Shown here piece by piece: positions 26,379 to 40,631 of a DNA stretch of 64,000 nucleotides; within the stretch, counting starts at the first letter, position 1, and every line of letters begins with the position of its first letter. The translations under genes and the position numbers were made by a program. The notes under the pieces are model-generated. The model did not search any database. It was not told the DNA's origin and saw only the letters and a list, made by a program, of their open reading frames with translations. This stretch comes from Eledone cirrhosa. Lineage: Eukaryota. The stretch spans positions 17,174,001-17,238,000 of the forward strand of contig OZ024761.1 of NCBI GenBank assembly GCA_964016885.1, given 5' to 3'.

Positions 26379-29300
26379 CTATACATAACTGGACAGCTGG
26401 CTCATGTGGTTCTGTACAGAGTTACCGCTGTGACGGCTAGTTTGATTTGTGGAGGAGGAGGAGGTGGAGGAGGAGGTGGATGTGGCGGTGGTGGTGACGG
26501 CGGCGGTGGTGGTCCCCTCGTTAGTGTAGTTTCGTGACAAATCCAAAGTAACGCTGCCGGAGTTACCATGCTTACCGGAGCGGTGAGATTTCTCTGGCTT
26601 ACGACAGGCTGATGAGGAAGGAACCATCCAAAGACTGGAAACGATTTTCGTTTCTCTTGGCGTTGTATCTGGGCTAGCACCAGGGTACGATTTCCGATTT
26701 TTCTCTTTACTGCGAGCGTGCCTCTTCTTGGGTATCACTCCGCTGGGAGGTTGATGGACCTCCACGCTAGCGGTAGTACAACCACTGCTTCCGTGGCTAG
26801 ATTTGTGAGTGGTTGAAGAGCTAGATTTAGTTTTGTGATCTGGAGAAATCCTAGTGTGTGACATTTTTTTAACTTTGTAACCAGTGGTGGTATTTTGTTG
26901 GCCACACCCAGCACTGTTTGGCTTCGCTGTGCTATGAACATTGTCTGTCGGCGGGTACGACAACTGGCCTGTGTTGGGGGACTTTGGACTAGCAGTTAGG
27001 TATTTCATCATAGCAGGCGACAATTTACTCGATTCACCTTCTTTGTCAGTGTTTCTTTCTTTGAAATGTTCTGCAGCACTCTTGCTGTGCTCTTTTTTGT
27101 GTCCGCAACTGTGCATTGCGGACAACCTGTCTACGTAACCGTACTGCTTGTAACAAGGTTCACATATTTTATTGATGTTAACATGGCCATCGTGGCTCTG
27201 TGGGGTGTTGGAAGATTTCCCAGCTTGGGTTGTAGTCGACATGTTGAAGGAGTTTTGCATACTGGACAAAAGACTACTTGAAGCATTTGAGGCACTCTTA
27301 CAGTTTGTGTTTTCTTGATGGTTTGCTGACTTGTGGCCTGATCTTTTGCTAGCTTTAGACATACTGCCAAGGGAATGGCGTTTCTTACGGTCCGCAGGAC
27401 TAGCCTTTGGTTTAGGGTAGACTGGCAGTGGAGTTGGGGGTGAGGTTTTCTCAGTAAATGGAAAGCTGTTCGAAAGACAATCCTTAGGACTGGCATTTAG
27501 TGGACCGAACTTGCCGAAGTTTGTGATACCGGAATTTGTAATGTTAGTTGCAGTGGTAGTTTTACTGGTAATGGCAGAGCTGTTCGTCCTTGATGTAGCC
27601 CCTGAACTGAAGTTAGGGGCTGAATCTTTTGAACCTGATGCAGACCCTAAATGAGTGACGTCTCGTAGAATATCTAAAGGCTTGGCAATGCTCTGCAGGA
27701 CAGGGGTGATGTCAATAGTCCGTATGATATCATCGATTGATTTACGATTATCCAAGGAACGGATCTCGGATTTGCGAGGGTATGATTGAGTTAATGAGCA
27801 ATCGCTTCTGTTGATCAGCCTGCCAGTAATGCAGTTGCTAGTCGTGGGAATAGCTGACGGGTCACAGCTCCAACTAGAAGTGTGAGAGTGATGGGGTATG
27901 TGTGTGTTACTTTGGTTAGATTGATGGTGACCACCGCCACCACAACTGGAGGCCGTAGTCGTACGAAGGTTATGGCCACCACTTTGGGTCTTGAAGTTTT
28001 GATGCTGAGCAATCAGTGATGATGACGACGACGGCGGCGGCATAGATGTTGGAGGAGGAAGAGAAGTTGTACAAGCTGCTGAAGATGATGAAGAAGACTT
28101 GGAGTAGCTGTTCTCGTCATGCTCTACTGATTGTCGGGGAATGTCGGAATAACGCTTGAGGATATTCGACACTAAGCTCGCAGTGGTCATAGGCTCGTGT
28201 CGTTGGATTGGCAAGTGAGTAGCACCAGATGTGACCGCATTCACTGTATTGGGAAGATTACCACTATCACCACCATCTTTGAGGGTCATCGGCGTTGGCG
28301 GTGACTTCGTATGGAAGGGGTCAGAGAAAGGGGTTGTTTCATTCTTGATAAGATGGCTGTTGTTGCCAGTGTTGTTGTGTGTAGTAGCTTCGATAGGATT
28401 GCTGCTGCTGGTGATAGTAGACGGAGTGGAGGTGCACGAAGAGGAGTTGTTTTTTGGTCTCTTCTTCTCACCAGTCTCCGAACAAATCGAGAACAAGGAG
28501 ATATCTGAAGTTAGTGAATTAGAACGGTCTTGCAATGTACTCATGCTATTCCTCGACGGAGATGAACCTGACGACACAGGAGTGCCTGGGCTTTGAAGAC
28601 GTCCACTCAGGATGGCTGCAGGATGATGTAAATCGCGGAAGCCGCATTCTGATAAGCTATCTTCAGCATGTTCAACAGAAAGTAAGCAGCCTCCACTGGC
28701 TCCAGAGGTCAAAGACAGGACACTTGGAGGAGTAACTTTACTCGTCTGAGTAACCATCTTGGATTTCTGGAGATCTGGTTGTAAAGGTTTCAACTCCAGA
28801 GGAGGCAAGCTGTTTCGTATCTGAAGAGCTGATGATGTCACACCAAAATCATGGCTCTGGATAAAAGAAGACTTAACTAACTGATTTGCTGAATTCAATT
28901 TAGAGATATCAGATTTCTCACTTTGCTCACCGGCGTTGTTTTTATTATTGTTGCTTCCATGACCGACAGATGGCTGATTTGGGGAGTCGATATAACTTAT
29001 CCGAACCGGCTTTCCAGGAACAGCTGATTTCATGGCTACTTCGGAATTTGCTGAACTTTTAGACTCGCTAACCGAATCACCAACGGAGTTTTCGTGCATC
29101 GGCTGCTGCTGCTGTTGTCTATCCCAGCCAGTGTAGCAGTCGTTAGATTTTAAAACGCTTGGTTTGAAAGAGGTTAAAGCTGACCCAGCAGCTGTTGATT
29201 GCGGCACTTGGTTACTGGTTCCCAGAGGAAATCCTACGGCACTGTTACTAGACTTTAACCAAGAACTAGAAACGTCAGCGGTTTCTTGTTCGCATTCTGA

Positions 29301-30139
29301 TGAATCACTGGTATCAGAAGGAATGTAGTTGTTCCGAAAACAATATGAATTACGGGGACTGTGGCTCTCTCGGCGAATTTCTATACTTTCGGAGCGTTTA
29401 ATATACCAAGGTGCGAACTTGTCTGCTTTTGATGTTGATGTTGATGTTGATGTAGATGTAGAGATTTTATCACCGGTTTCTCTCAGAGACATCGCTGCTG
29501 CAGCTGCCTGCTGCCTAGTGAGACCCAAAGCAATTCCGTCTTGATGCTCTTTCCCACTGGGAAACAAACATGAACGGATGCGTTCAGCCCGCGCCGCAAT
29601 GCTTCCGCAGGAATTACGCGCCTGACGACCATCGGAAATTTCGGCCGACGTACAAGAACCAAAGAACGTACTAAAAGGACGTGCTATAGATGGAGAGTGG
29701 CTGGTTCTCGTAAACGGAGACGTGAACTGGTTCTCGTCGGTGCCAAATGGAGTTTTGGGGGTCGTCTCATGTAGACTGCTGTCGTCGTCATTGTCCCCAT
29801 TCGACTGAATCTCGCAGTTAACCCCTTCTAAATTGAGGCCGTGCATGGACGGGTTTGACTCGGCTTCCTGACCAGTAATATCGTTTGGGTTTATTGTGCG
29901 ATTGGTGGGGCTGAGGGTGTCTGAGAAGGCAGGGTTATGGCCAGCCATCTGGTACTGCACTTCTTCATAGGGGGGCGGTGCCTCGCATGGCTGTATGTAA
30001 GTGAATGGCTTCGGCAATGTGTAGGGCGGAGGGGGGCCCTCGTAAGGGGGTGGGCAAGGCATACCAATTGAAAAGGCATCCTGAGAGAAAGGGTTGTTAT
30101 CGTTGTCATCATCTTGGTGGTTTCGAGGTGCATTCAACC
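26379..30139 (-). CDS. DGCR2: DGCR2/IDD-like terminal exon, ~1252 aa Ser/Thr-rich cytoplasmic tail with three PPxY motifs and C-terminal SSYV
   Basis: ttttacAG acceptor (plus-strand ct 30140-30141), phase 1 matches TM exon, 3.76 kb open to TAG; PPPPYT...PPPYE spacing as in DGCR2. Confidence 0.85.
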
Positions 30140-30224
30140 CTGTAAAAATAAAATAAAATAAAATAAAATTAAATTTAAAATAATTTAAAAACCAGCAACA
30201 AAAAATGAAAACAGAAAATTTATA

Positions 30225-31265
30225 GCATTTGAGTACAGACTTCAAAATTTAATGTGATGTAGTCATAGTATTGTTTTGTACTAAATGTTTATAGTATCTT
30301 TACTAGTAGACAGATTGTAAAGATTTGTAGTATTAGAATAAAGACTTTAAAATTTAATGTGATGTAGTCATAGTATTGTTTTGTACTAAATGTTTATAGT
30401 ATCTTTACTAGTAGACAGATTGTAAAGATTTGTAGTATTAGAATAAAGACTTTAAAATTTAATGTGATGTAGTCATAGTATTGTTTTATACTAAATATTT
30501 TCAGTATATTTTCTAGACCAGTGCTACTCAAAGTGGTGGTCCGTGGACCGGTGGCAGTATGCGAGCCATCAGCTACTGGTACGCGGCCAGTGTCCAGGCC
30601 ATGCTAAGGAATCATTTGAGGGATTTTTTTAATTACTTTTTTATATGTTTTGATATTGTATTATTTGTTTACAAACTAAATAGAAGATAAAAAAATGGTC
30701 AACTATTATTATATTCATTATATATATCGTTTCCGGTATAAATTAATATTACTACGAAATATTAGCGGTACATGGCACATTGAAAAAAAAAAAATGCCGG
30801 TCTGCCACATCAGATAGTTTGAGAAGCACTGCTTTAGAGGACAGATTTATGTGAAAATTTGTGGTATTAGAGTAAAGACTTTGATATTTAATGTGATGCA
30901 GTCATAGTGTTGTTTTGTACTTTCCGACAATGTTTTACTAATGTGGTTTCATGTGGTTTGTTAATTCAAATGTTTATAGTAGCTTTACTAGTGGGTAGAT
31001 CTTTGTGAAAATTTACAATATTTGAGTACAGACTTTAAAATTTAATGTGATGTAGTCACAGTATTGGTTTGTACTAAATATTTACAGTATCTTTACTAGT
31101 AGACAGATCTTTGTGATGCAGTCATAGTATTGTTTTGTACTAAATGTTTATAGTAGCTTTACTAGTGGAGAAATCTTTGCAAACATTTACATTATTAGAG
31201 CAAAGACTAATATTTGATGCGATGCAGTCATAGTGTTGTTTTGTATTTTTATTGCTAATGTGTTT
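30225..31265 (-). repeat. ~111-bp tandem repeat in last DGCR2-like intron, interrupted by a hAT MITE
   Basis: aatttaatgtgatgtagtcatagtattgttttgtactaaatgtttatag units. Confidence 0.85.
30519..30831. mobile_element. hAT (Charlie/MER5-like) MITE
   Basis: TIRs CAGTGCTACTCAAA / TTTGAGAAGCACTG; flanks ttctagac / ctttagag resemble an NTCTAGAN 8-bp TSD. Confidence 0.78.
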
Positions 31266-31340
31266 TTCTTCCCCTTCCCTCCCTCACTCCTAACAATAGA
31301 TTGTTGTTGTAGATGTAGTTGTTTGAGTTGCTGTAATTAG

Positions 31341-31371
<31 letters not shown>

Positions 31372-31557
31372 AGAGTTGTAATAGTTGTAATTGTTGGAGT
31401 TTATATAGTTGGTGGTGTTGTAGTTTTTAGAGTTGTTGTTGTAGTTTTTAGAGTTGTTGTTGTTGTAGTAGTTGTAATTGTAGCTGATGCCTTTGCTTTT
31501 GTTTTAGTTGTTGTTGTAGTTGGTGGTATTGTTGAAGTTGTTGTAGCCCCTACTTAC

Positions 31558-31692
31558 GTCTCATCTGTATGAGATGTCTTCGCTGACAGAGGCGATGGAC
31601 CATAAAAAGCAGCAGAGCCAGTACGAGAAATGAGGTCACTGTGCTGGCAGCCAGTCGCAATCCTTGGTCTGCGATGTCATCATCACTACGAC
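31558..31692 (-). CDS. DGCR2: DGCR2-like transmembrane exon: [44 protein letters not shown]
   Basis: ctgcAG / GTAAGT on minus, 135 nt phase 1/1; closely resembles recalled vertebrate DGCR2 TM ([29 protein letters not shown]). Confidence 0.92.
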
Positions 31693-31777
31693 CTGCAGAG
31701 AGACAGACAACACACATATAATAATATATACATACATATACATACATACACACATATATATATATATAGATAGATAT

Positions 31778-32165
31778 GTTTCTTTATTAGCCACAGGGGC
31801 ACAAAAGAAGGGGACAAATACAAAAGGGGGAAGTTTACATAATCGATTTTCCCCAATAGAGGGAGACATTACATATGGGTAACACATACCCCCGAAAAAA
31901 ATGTGCAACCCTCATCTCCAGGAGTACGAAGAGTTTGTACCCCTTTCCTCTCTTCCTCAACCTACACATATATAGATAGATAGATATATTTCTTTATTAG
32001 CCACAGGGGCACAAAAGAAGGGGACAAATACAAAGGGGGAAGTTTACATACAATAAAAACGTGTAAAATGTTATCACAGATGGAATTTAAAAGTTAGTCG
32101 ATTTTCCCCAATAGAGGGAGACAGTTTATATGGGTAACACATACCCCCGAAAAAAAAATGTGCAG
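31778..32165 (-). mobile_element. Two tandem Tx1/L1-like 3' UTR fragments abutting (GATA)n
   Basis: ttctttattagccacaggggcacaaaagaaggggacaaatac, same as 44745-45575. Confidence 0.65.
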
Positions 32166-32228
32166 ATAGATAGACAGATAGATGCAAGGTGTTACTGAAA
32201 AAAGAAAAAGGACAAGACAAAGGGAACA

Positions 32229-32264
<36 letters not shown>

Positions 32265-32699
32265 CATCATCATTCATCATTTTACGTCCGCTTTTCCCTG
32301 CTTGCAAGGGTGGCACGGGAACTGATTCTGGCTTGATTTCTACAGCTGGATGCTCTTCCTAACACCAACCTCATTTACAGTGAGTGCTGGGTGCTTTTTT
32401 GCCGTGGCACCTCCACGACCACTTTGCAGTGGAATGATATGAACCCCAGTCCCTATCATCTCATTTCTACAGCTGAGTAAACTGGAGCAATGTGAAATAA
32501 GGTGTCTTGCTCAAGGAAACAACACATCACCCGGTCTAAGAATTGAACTCACAACCTTTCGATTGCAAGCCCAATGCTCTAACCACTAATCTATGTGCCT
32601 CCATATATATATATTGAAACGGCAGGAGCTCAGCCGTCGGGGTCCCGGATTTTTCATTTTACCCATTCTACTCTTGTAAGTAATGGGTCTAACGAATTT

Positions 32700-33352
32700 T
32701 ACTGCTCAGAACGTAAAAGGCCATAACTCCATGCTGCAAAGCATGGTGTCTGATGCTACACCGGTTCTACCAATCCACCACACTCACAACAACAATAATA
32801 ATAATGGTTTCTCATTTAGGCACAAGGCCAACAATTCGGGGGGGAGGGGAAGTCAATTAAATTGACCCCAGTGCATTACTAGTACTTTATTTTATCGACC
32901 CCGTAAGGTGAAAGGCAAAGGTAACCTCGGCGGGATTTGAACTCAGATCATAAAGGGCCGTAACTCTATGCTGCAAAGCATGGCGTCCGACCCTCTACCG
33001 ATACTGCCAATCCATCACCGTTAATAATAATAATTGTTTCTACTTTAGGCACAAGGCCAGCAATTACCCAGTACATTACTGGTACTTTATTTTATCGACC
33101 CCGTAAAGTTAACCTCGGCGGGATTTGAACTCAGACTAGCAAGGGCCGTAACTCTATGCTGCAAAGCATAATAATAATTGTTTGTACTTTAGGCACAAGG
33201 CCAGCAATAACCCAGTGCATTACTGGTACTTTATTTTATCAACCCCGTAAGGATGAAAGGCAAAGTCAACCTCGGCGGGATTTGAACTCAGATCGTAAAG
33301 GGACGTAACTATGCTGGAAAGCATGGCGTCCAACCCTCTACCGATACTGCCA
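32700..33352 (-). mobile_element. Tandem cluster of ~4 Meta-domain-like SINE copies
   Basis: Repeated ggtactttattttatcgaccccgtaagg...ggatttgaactcaga. Confidence 0.8.
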
Positions 33353-33354
33353 AC

Positions 33355-33985
33355 AGATGCGCAAACAGCCCAAACTACCCCATCAGAACCCTTAATGGTA
33401 CCACCCTTAAGCAGGTGGAAGATTACAAGTATCTTGGCTCATATATCTCCTCCTCCAAAAAAGATTTTCTAACCAGGAAGGGTATGGCATGGTCAGCGTG
33501 CAATGACATGCACGCCATATGGACATCTCAACTTACCAACAAGCTAAAACTGGAAATATTCCAAGCAACAATTAAGCCCATATTACTTTATGGATCCGAA
33601 ACTTGGACACTAACATCACAACTTGAGAGGAGATTGGATGGCACATATACACACCTCTTAATGAGAGTGCAAAACCTATCCTGAAAACGACATCCCACCT
33701 TGTCTAAAATCTATGGCAAACTCCCTCGAGCCTCTGCTCTTCTAAAATCCCGGAGAGCCCAATTTGCTGGCCACTGTCACCGTGCCAGCAATGAAATCAT
33801 ATCCGCTCTCTTGCTCTGGAACTCTGACTAGGAGTAGGAAGCTGTCATTCCCTAATGTTATCTCTAGGGATACGGGAATCAGTAGACAGGACCTGGGGGG
33901 CAGCAATGGGGGACAGGGAATTCTGGGGCATGAGAGTGAGATCCATCATCTCGACAGTAGTCGACAAATGATGATGATGATGATA
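33355..33985 (+). mobile_element. Degenerate RTE-like LINE 3' fragment
   Basis: VEDYKYLGSYI...ILLYGSETWTLT...RRLDGTYT motifs; stops/frameshifts downstream; (GAT)n tail. Confidence 0.85.
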
Positions 33986-34030
33986 CTGCCAATATAATAC
34001 TAATAACAACAAAACCATAAGAAGTCTCAC

Positions 34031-34300
34031 GTTTAACATTCCCGATGCCATTTGTATCACCAGTTCTGTTGGTACGTGTATTCTCAGGCCGGCCGTTTAA
34101 ACATCGGAAGTCACAGCAAGCGTTTTCAACGGTCTTAATCTTCATGCAGGCTGGAGGTGAACACAGCACCATGTTGCACATGATGTGCAGCCCGTTCTGG
34201 CACATACAAGACCGACACGGCTCATCCTTATCTGGCGTGTACTCGTCACCGTTGGATACTATGTTCCCCTCCCAGTCACGGCATGGCAAGCTGGAGACAC
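34031..34300 (-). CDS. DGCR2: DGCR2-like VWC (von Willebrand C) domain exon: VSSLPCRDWEGNIVSNGDEYTPDKDEPCRSCMCQNG...CCDFRCL...GNVK
   Basis: tacAG / GTGAGA on minus, 270 nt phase 1/1; C..PC.SC.C..G...C....C....C....CC.F.CL VWC cysteine pattern. Confidence 0.9.
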
Positions 34301-34319
34301 CTGTATAGAGAAATAAAAA

Positions 34320-34866
34320 GAGATAGAGAGAAATGGAGAGAGTTAGAGATGGATGGATGGATGGATGGATAGATAGAGAGGGACAGATAGGTAGGTAGAT
34401 AGAGAGGGAGGGACAGATAGGTAGGTAGATAGAGAGGGACAGATAGGTAGGTAGATAGAGAGGGACAAATAGGTAGATAGATAGAGGGGGACAAATAGAC
34501 AGTTAGATAGAGATAGACTGACAGACAGATAGACCGACACACGTAGACTGACAGACAGACAGAGAGACCGACAGACAGAGAGACAGGCAGGCAGACAGAT
34601 AGATAGACGGACGGAGAGAGATAGACAATTAGATAGTGATAGACAGACAGAGAACGGATATAGACTGACAGACCAACAGACAGAGAGAGACCAACAGATA
34701 TATAGACAGACAAGAGATAGATAGACAAACAGATATATAGATAGACGGATATATAGATAGATATAGATAGATAGGTAGACACATATATAGACATAGATAT
34801 CAATAAATAGATAAATACATTGATAGATAGATATTAATATAGACTGACAGACAAATAGATAGATAA

Positions 34867-34923
<57 letters not shown>

Positions 34924-36025
34924 CAGATTGATAAACAGTTATAGATAGACATAGATAAATAAGCAAATCAACAGATAGGTAGACAGACAGACAGATAGAT
35001 AGATGGACAGATAGGTAGACAGATAAATAGATATAGATATCACCACCACCACCACCACCACCACCTCCTCCATACAATGTAGATGATGTCATTATAGTAT
35101 TCAAACAAACCAATCGATAATTCAAAAGAATGGCAGCGACAACAGCAGCAGCAGCAGGAGAATCAGCAACAACAACAACAACAACAGCAGCAGCAGCAGT
35201 AACAACAACAAAAAAGACAACAGTAGCAACACAACAGCAGCTGAAGCAGTAACAACAGCGACAGTAGCAACAACGTTAGCAGCAGCAACAGTGACAATGT
35301 TAGCAACAGCAACAGCAGCAATAAAAATAGCAACAACAACAACAACAATAAAAATAACAATAGCAATAAAAACAGCAACAACAACAACAACAACTACATT
35401 AGCAACAAGAACAAAATTCGCAACAACGACAACAAAATTAGCAATATCAATAACAGAATTAGCAACAACATCAAAATTAACAATGGTAACAACAAAATTA
35501 ACAACATCAGCACCAAATAGCACCAAGTAAATTAGCAACAGTAACAACTGGTTGTTAAAACAACAAAATTAGCAGTAGCAACAACAATAACAACATTAAC
35601 AACGTTAGCAATGACAACAACCAACTGGATGTTAGAACAACAAAATTAGCAACAACAATAACAACAGCAACAAAATTAGCAATAACTTAAACCAACTGGA
35701 TTTTAGAACAACAAAATTAGCAACAACAACAACACCAGCAACACAAATTAGCAACAACAACAACAGCAACATAATTAACAATAGAAACAACAACAACAAC
35801 AAAATTAGCAACAACAACAACAGCAACAAAACTTAGCAACAACAACAACACCAGCAACAAAAATTAGCAACAACAACAACAGCAACATAATTAACAATAG
35901 CAACAAAATTAGCAACAACAACAGCAACAAAACTTAGCAACAACAACAACAGCAGCACCAAAATTAGCAATAGCAACAACAACAAAATTAGAAACAACAA
36001 CAACAAAAATTAGCAATAAAAACAC
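34320..36025. repeat. (GATA/GACA)n followed by (CAA/CAG)n low-complexity tracts
   Basis: Direct inspection. Confidence 0.9.
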
Positions 36026-37049
36026 AACTGGATGTTAACTGTGGAAACCAATGATGCAGGGAGGATCATTCACTGTGGTCAGGCAACCATGACCAAGCAG
36101 ATCTACCAATTGACTAAAGATATTCCAGACATGACCATCCTGTCTTTTTTTTTATGGTTATTTACAACTACATTATCCAGTGGGATCTGTTGCTGTTGTT
36201 TTTTGTGGGTTTTTTTGGGGTGGGTGGGGGGATTGTTGTCTTTAGTAAGTCAAGCAAACATGTAGAGAACGTTTTTCATTGACTCATTGGATTGTTGTTG
36301 CTGCTATTGCAGTTGTTTATCCTGTAACTATCCCAATCAATCAACAAACAGATCAATACCTTAAGTACCATCTCAATAAAATAAGTATGAGATCCATGCC
36401 TAAGTACGAAATCAATAAAATATACACCAGATCAATACCGTAAGTACGATATCAATAAAATAAGAACCCGCTCAATAAATCAAGTACCAGAACAATAAAA
36501 TAAGTATGAGATCAATAGCTTAAGTACCAGATCGATATCCTAAGTATGAGATCAATAAATTTAGTACCAGATCAATGCCCTAAGAATAAGATCTATAAAA
36601 TCACTGTACTGTAACGTATGACAAAGCATGCCTTCATTTCACTTTGTATAGAAGACATTGCATCATTGTAATAGTTATGACATCATAACACACTATGATG
36701 TGTCAGACTCTGAGGCTTTGACTCAAATTTCATCACATTGCAACATCACATCACAACATCGAATAACATTATCAGAATCACATCGCAACATCACATTTGT
36801 ATCACATCTCATCATCACATTTGCATTACAACACATCACAACATCACATTTGTATGACATCACAATCACACCACACCATACCATACCATACCACATCACA
36901 TAACACTATTGCAATTACACCACAGCTGCACCACAATATCACAGCAATCACATCACATCACACATGTGTCTGTCTGTCTGTCTGTCTGAGAGTTACACAT
37001 ACACACTTTATGATATATCTCAGTTGTCTCTCTCTGTGAATGAGTCACG

Positions 37050-38600
37050 CACACACACACACACACTTTATGACACATCACAAAGATCTGTCACACACAC
37101 ACACACACACTTTATGACACATCACAGAGATCTGTCACACACAGACACACACACACTTTGACACATCACAGAGATCTGTCACACACACACACACACACTT
37201 TATGACACATCACAAAGATCTGTCACACACACACACTTTATGACACATCACAGAGATCTGTCACACACACACACTTTATGACACATCACAGAGATCTGTC
37301 ACACACACACACTTTATGACACATCACAGAGATCTGTCACACACACACACACACTTTATGACACATCACAGATCTGTCACACACACACACACACTTTGAC
37401 ACATCACAAAGATCTGTCACACACACACACACACTTTATGACACATCACAGAGATCTGTCACACACACACACACAGTTTATGACACATCACAGATCTGTC
37501 ACACACACACACACACTTTGACACATCACAAAGATCTGTCACACACACACACTTTATGACACATCACAGAGATCTGTCACACACACACACACACACTTTA
37601 TGACACATCACAGAGATCTGTCACACACACACACTTTATGACATATCACAGAGATCTGTCATACATACACACTTTATAATATATCTCAGTGGTCTGTCAC
37701 ACATATACATATCATCATCATTATCATCATCATCACCATCACCATCGTGGTTTTAACGTCCATTTTAGATGCTAGCAAGGGTTGGACAGGTCTACATAGA
37801 CTAAATCTGTACCGAAGCGGAACCACTGATCTCACAGACAGGCCAGGGACCTGGTCACTTTATGATATATCACAGAAATCAATCATCACACACACATATT
37901 TTATGATATATCACAGAGATCTATCATACAAATACACACTTTATGACATATCTCAGAGATCTGTGAGTGAAATCACACACCAATGATGTGACAAAACGCC
38001 GGCACGTCTCAGAGGTGAGTCTGTGAGTCACAGACACACAGACACACTTTATGACATATCTCAGAGATCTGTGAGTGAAATCACACACCAATGATGTGAC
38101 CAAACGCCGGCACGTCTCAGAGGTGAGTCTGTGAGTCACAGACACACAGACACACTTTATGACATATCTCAGAGATCTGTGAGTGAAATCACACACCAAT
38201 GATGTGACCAGACCCCGGCACATCTCAGAGGTGAGTCTGTGAGTCACACAGACACACATACACACTTTATGACATATCTCAGAGATCTGTGAGTGAAATC
38301 ACACACCAATGATGTGACCAAACCCCGGCATGTCTCAGAGGTGAGTCTGTGAGTCACACAGACACACATACACACTTTATGACATATCTCAGAGATCTGT
38401 GAGTGAAATCACACACCAATGATGTGACCAAACCCCGGCACATCTCAGAGGTGAGTCTGTGAGTCACACAGACACACATACACACTTTATGACATATCTC
38501 AGAGATCTGTGAGTGAAATCACACACCAATGATGTGACCAAACCCCGGCATGTCTCAGAGGTGAGTCTGTGAGTCACGCAGACACACTTTATGACATAGA
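37050..38600. repeat. ~33-bp minisatellite (37050-37700) grading into a related ~114-118-bp satellite (37935-38600)
   Basis: actttatgacacatcacagagatctgtc units; the longer unit retains actttatgacatatctcagagatctgtg. Confidence 0.9.
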
Positions 38601-38966
38601 ACGGAGGTCTGTCACACATATACACATTTTACGACATATCACAGAGGTCGTCTGTCTATCTGTCTATCTGTCTGTGAGTCACACACCAATGATGTGACCA
38701 AACTTGTCAGAATCATATTGGTATGACTCACACAGCAGTAATAACAGAAGAACAATCACAACTACTACAACTACAACAACAACAACAACAGCAGCAACAA
38801 ATACTACAACAACTATTACTGCTGCTACTACTACTACTACTACAATACAATACAATAATCTCTTTATCCAATGATCATATATCTATTGATCAACTGAAGA
38901 ACAAAAAGTACATGTATATAGACACACACGCACACACACATATATACTGATACATACTTATATACA

Positions 38967-39010
<44 letters not shown>

Positions 39011-39376
39011 ACACATACGTATATAGACTGATATATATATATATATTGACACATACATATATACACTGATATATATATATATATAGACACATGCATATAT
39101 ACACATATATAGATATACATACATACATATACATAAATACATACATACACATAAATACATACATACATACACATATACTCCCACATACTCATATATACAC
39201 ACACACACACACGCATATATATATATTACTACATACATAGATATACACACACAAACAGGGTGTGGGGCACGAGAAGAAATCTGTGACATTTCAGACAATT
39301 GTCATTTGTTGTTGTTTGAGAGATAGATAGAGAGAGAGATGGGGAGAGAGAAAAACCACACACACACACACTAAAT

Positions 39377-39429
<53 letters not shown>

Positions 39430-39809
39430 GATTCATCAAAGAATGGAGTCCAAAGCTGCTATTTTTAGTTGGAAATTCTTCATAGAACCAACCAATAAGG
39501 TTGCAGAAGATGTACACCCCCCCCCACCCACCTGCTGCTTCACGGTGCAACCGGATGCAACAAAGCGCACAGGCCACACCCCAAATCCCCTCATACCCAG
39601 CCCCACTTTACCCCCCCCCCCCCTCTTAGATGACCTTTGACATCTGACCTCCCACTTGTAGGCAAACATCAAGCGGTCATACATGCTTAGTATCATTTGT
39701 AAACCCCCCCCACATATATATATGTATATATATATAGAGAGAGAGAGAGAGACATTCATATGTATGCATATATATATGCATATATATATGCATATATATA
39801 TATATATAT

Positions 39810-40070
39810 GAAGGCGCATGGCTTAGTGGTTAAAGCATTGGGCTTGCAATCGAAAGGTGAGTTCAATTCTCGTACCGGGTGATGTGTTGTTTCCTTGAGC
39901 AAGACACTTTATTTCACGTTGCTCCAGTTTACTCAGCTGCAGAAATGAGTACCGGCCTGCCTGCCCAGCCAGTGGGATGGCGTTATCTTATGGCTAAAAC
40001 AGCACGACGTGCTGTGACCAGCGGCGCCGATTGGCGCCTGACAGACTGGCCGGTCAAGGTGATCAAGGTG
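39810..40070 (+). mobile_element. CORE-SINE with alternative tail
   Basis: Same tRNA head and CORE as 5952-6280 but different 3' part. Confidence 0.75.
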
Positions 40071-40086
40071 ATATATATATATATAT

Positions 40087-40560
40087 AGGCATCTCTATCA
40101 AAACACACCCCCGTCCCACCACCCCCACCCCATCCACACCGCCCCTTTCAATGTAAAGTTATGTTGGTGCCACAACATCCAGGCCGAAACAAATGAGATC
40201 GTGTAGGTGTCACGACAAAAAAACACACAGTCCACGCTGTAAATGTGGCCGTGTAGGCAACATGGTAAAAACCGCCCAGCCCCACACTGTAAATGTGGTT
40301 GGTGTTAGGAAGGGCATCCAGCTGTAGAAAACCCGCCAGACAGTCCACGCTGTAATGTGGTCGTGTAGGCAACACGGTAAAAACCTCCCAGCCCCACACT
40401 GTAAATGTGGTTGGTGTTAGGAAGGGCATCCAGCTGTAGAAAACCCGCCAGACAGTCCTATGCGAGCAAGACAACCACTCTTGCCTCAAGTGGGGAAACC
40501 CCCGTCCAAACTCATGCAAGCGTGGAACACGGACGTTAAACGTTGATGATGATGATGATA
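40087..40560 (+). mobile_element. RTE LINE 3' UTR copy with internal duplication
   Basis: Matches 55087-55453. Confidence 0.85.
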
Positions 40561-40595
40561 TAAATTTATACACACACACACATACACACACATAC

Positions 40596-40627
<32 letters not shown>

Positions 40628-40631
<4 letters not shown>

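Noticed and set aside
30140-30245. N-terminal 36 aa of the 1288-aa ORF as a signal peptide
   Set aside because: Intronic polypyrimidine tract upstream of the AG acceptor; the real exon starts at 30139
36030-36330. Candidate upstream DGCR2 exon
   Set aside because: Minus-strand frames hit stops and no matching phase-1 donor was found
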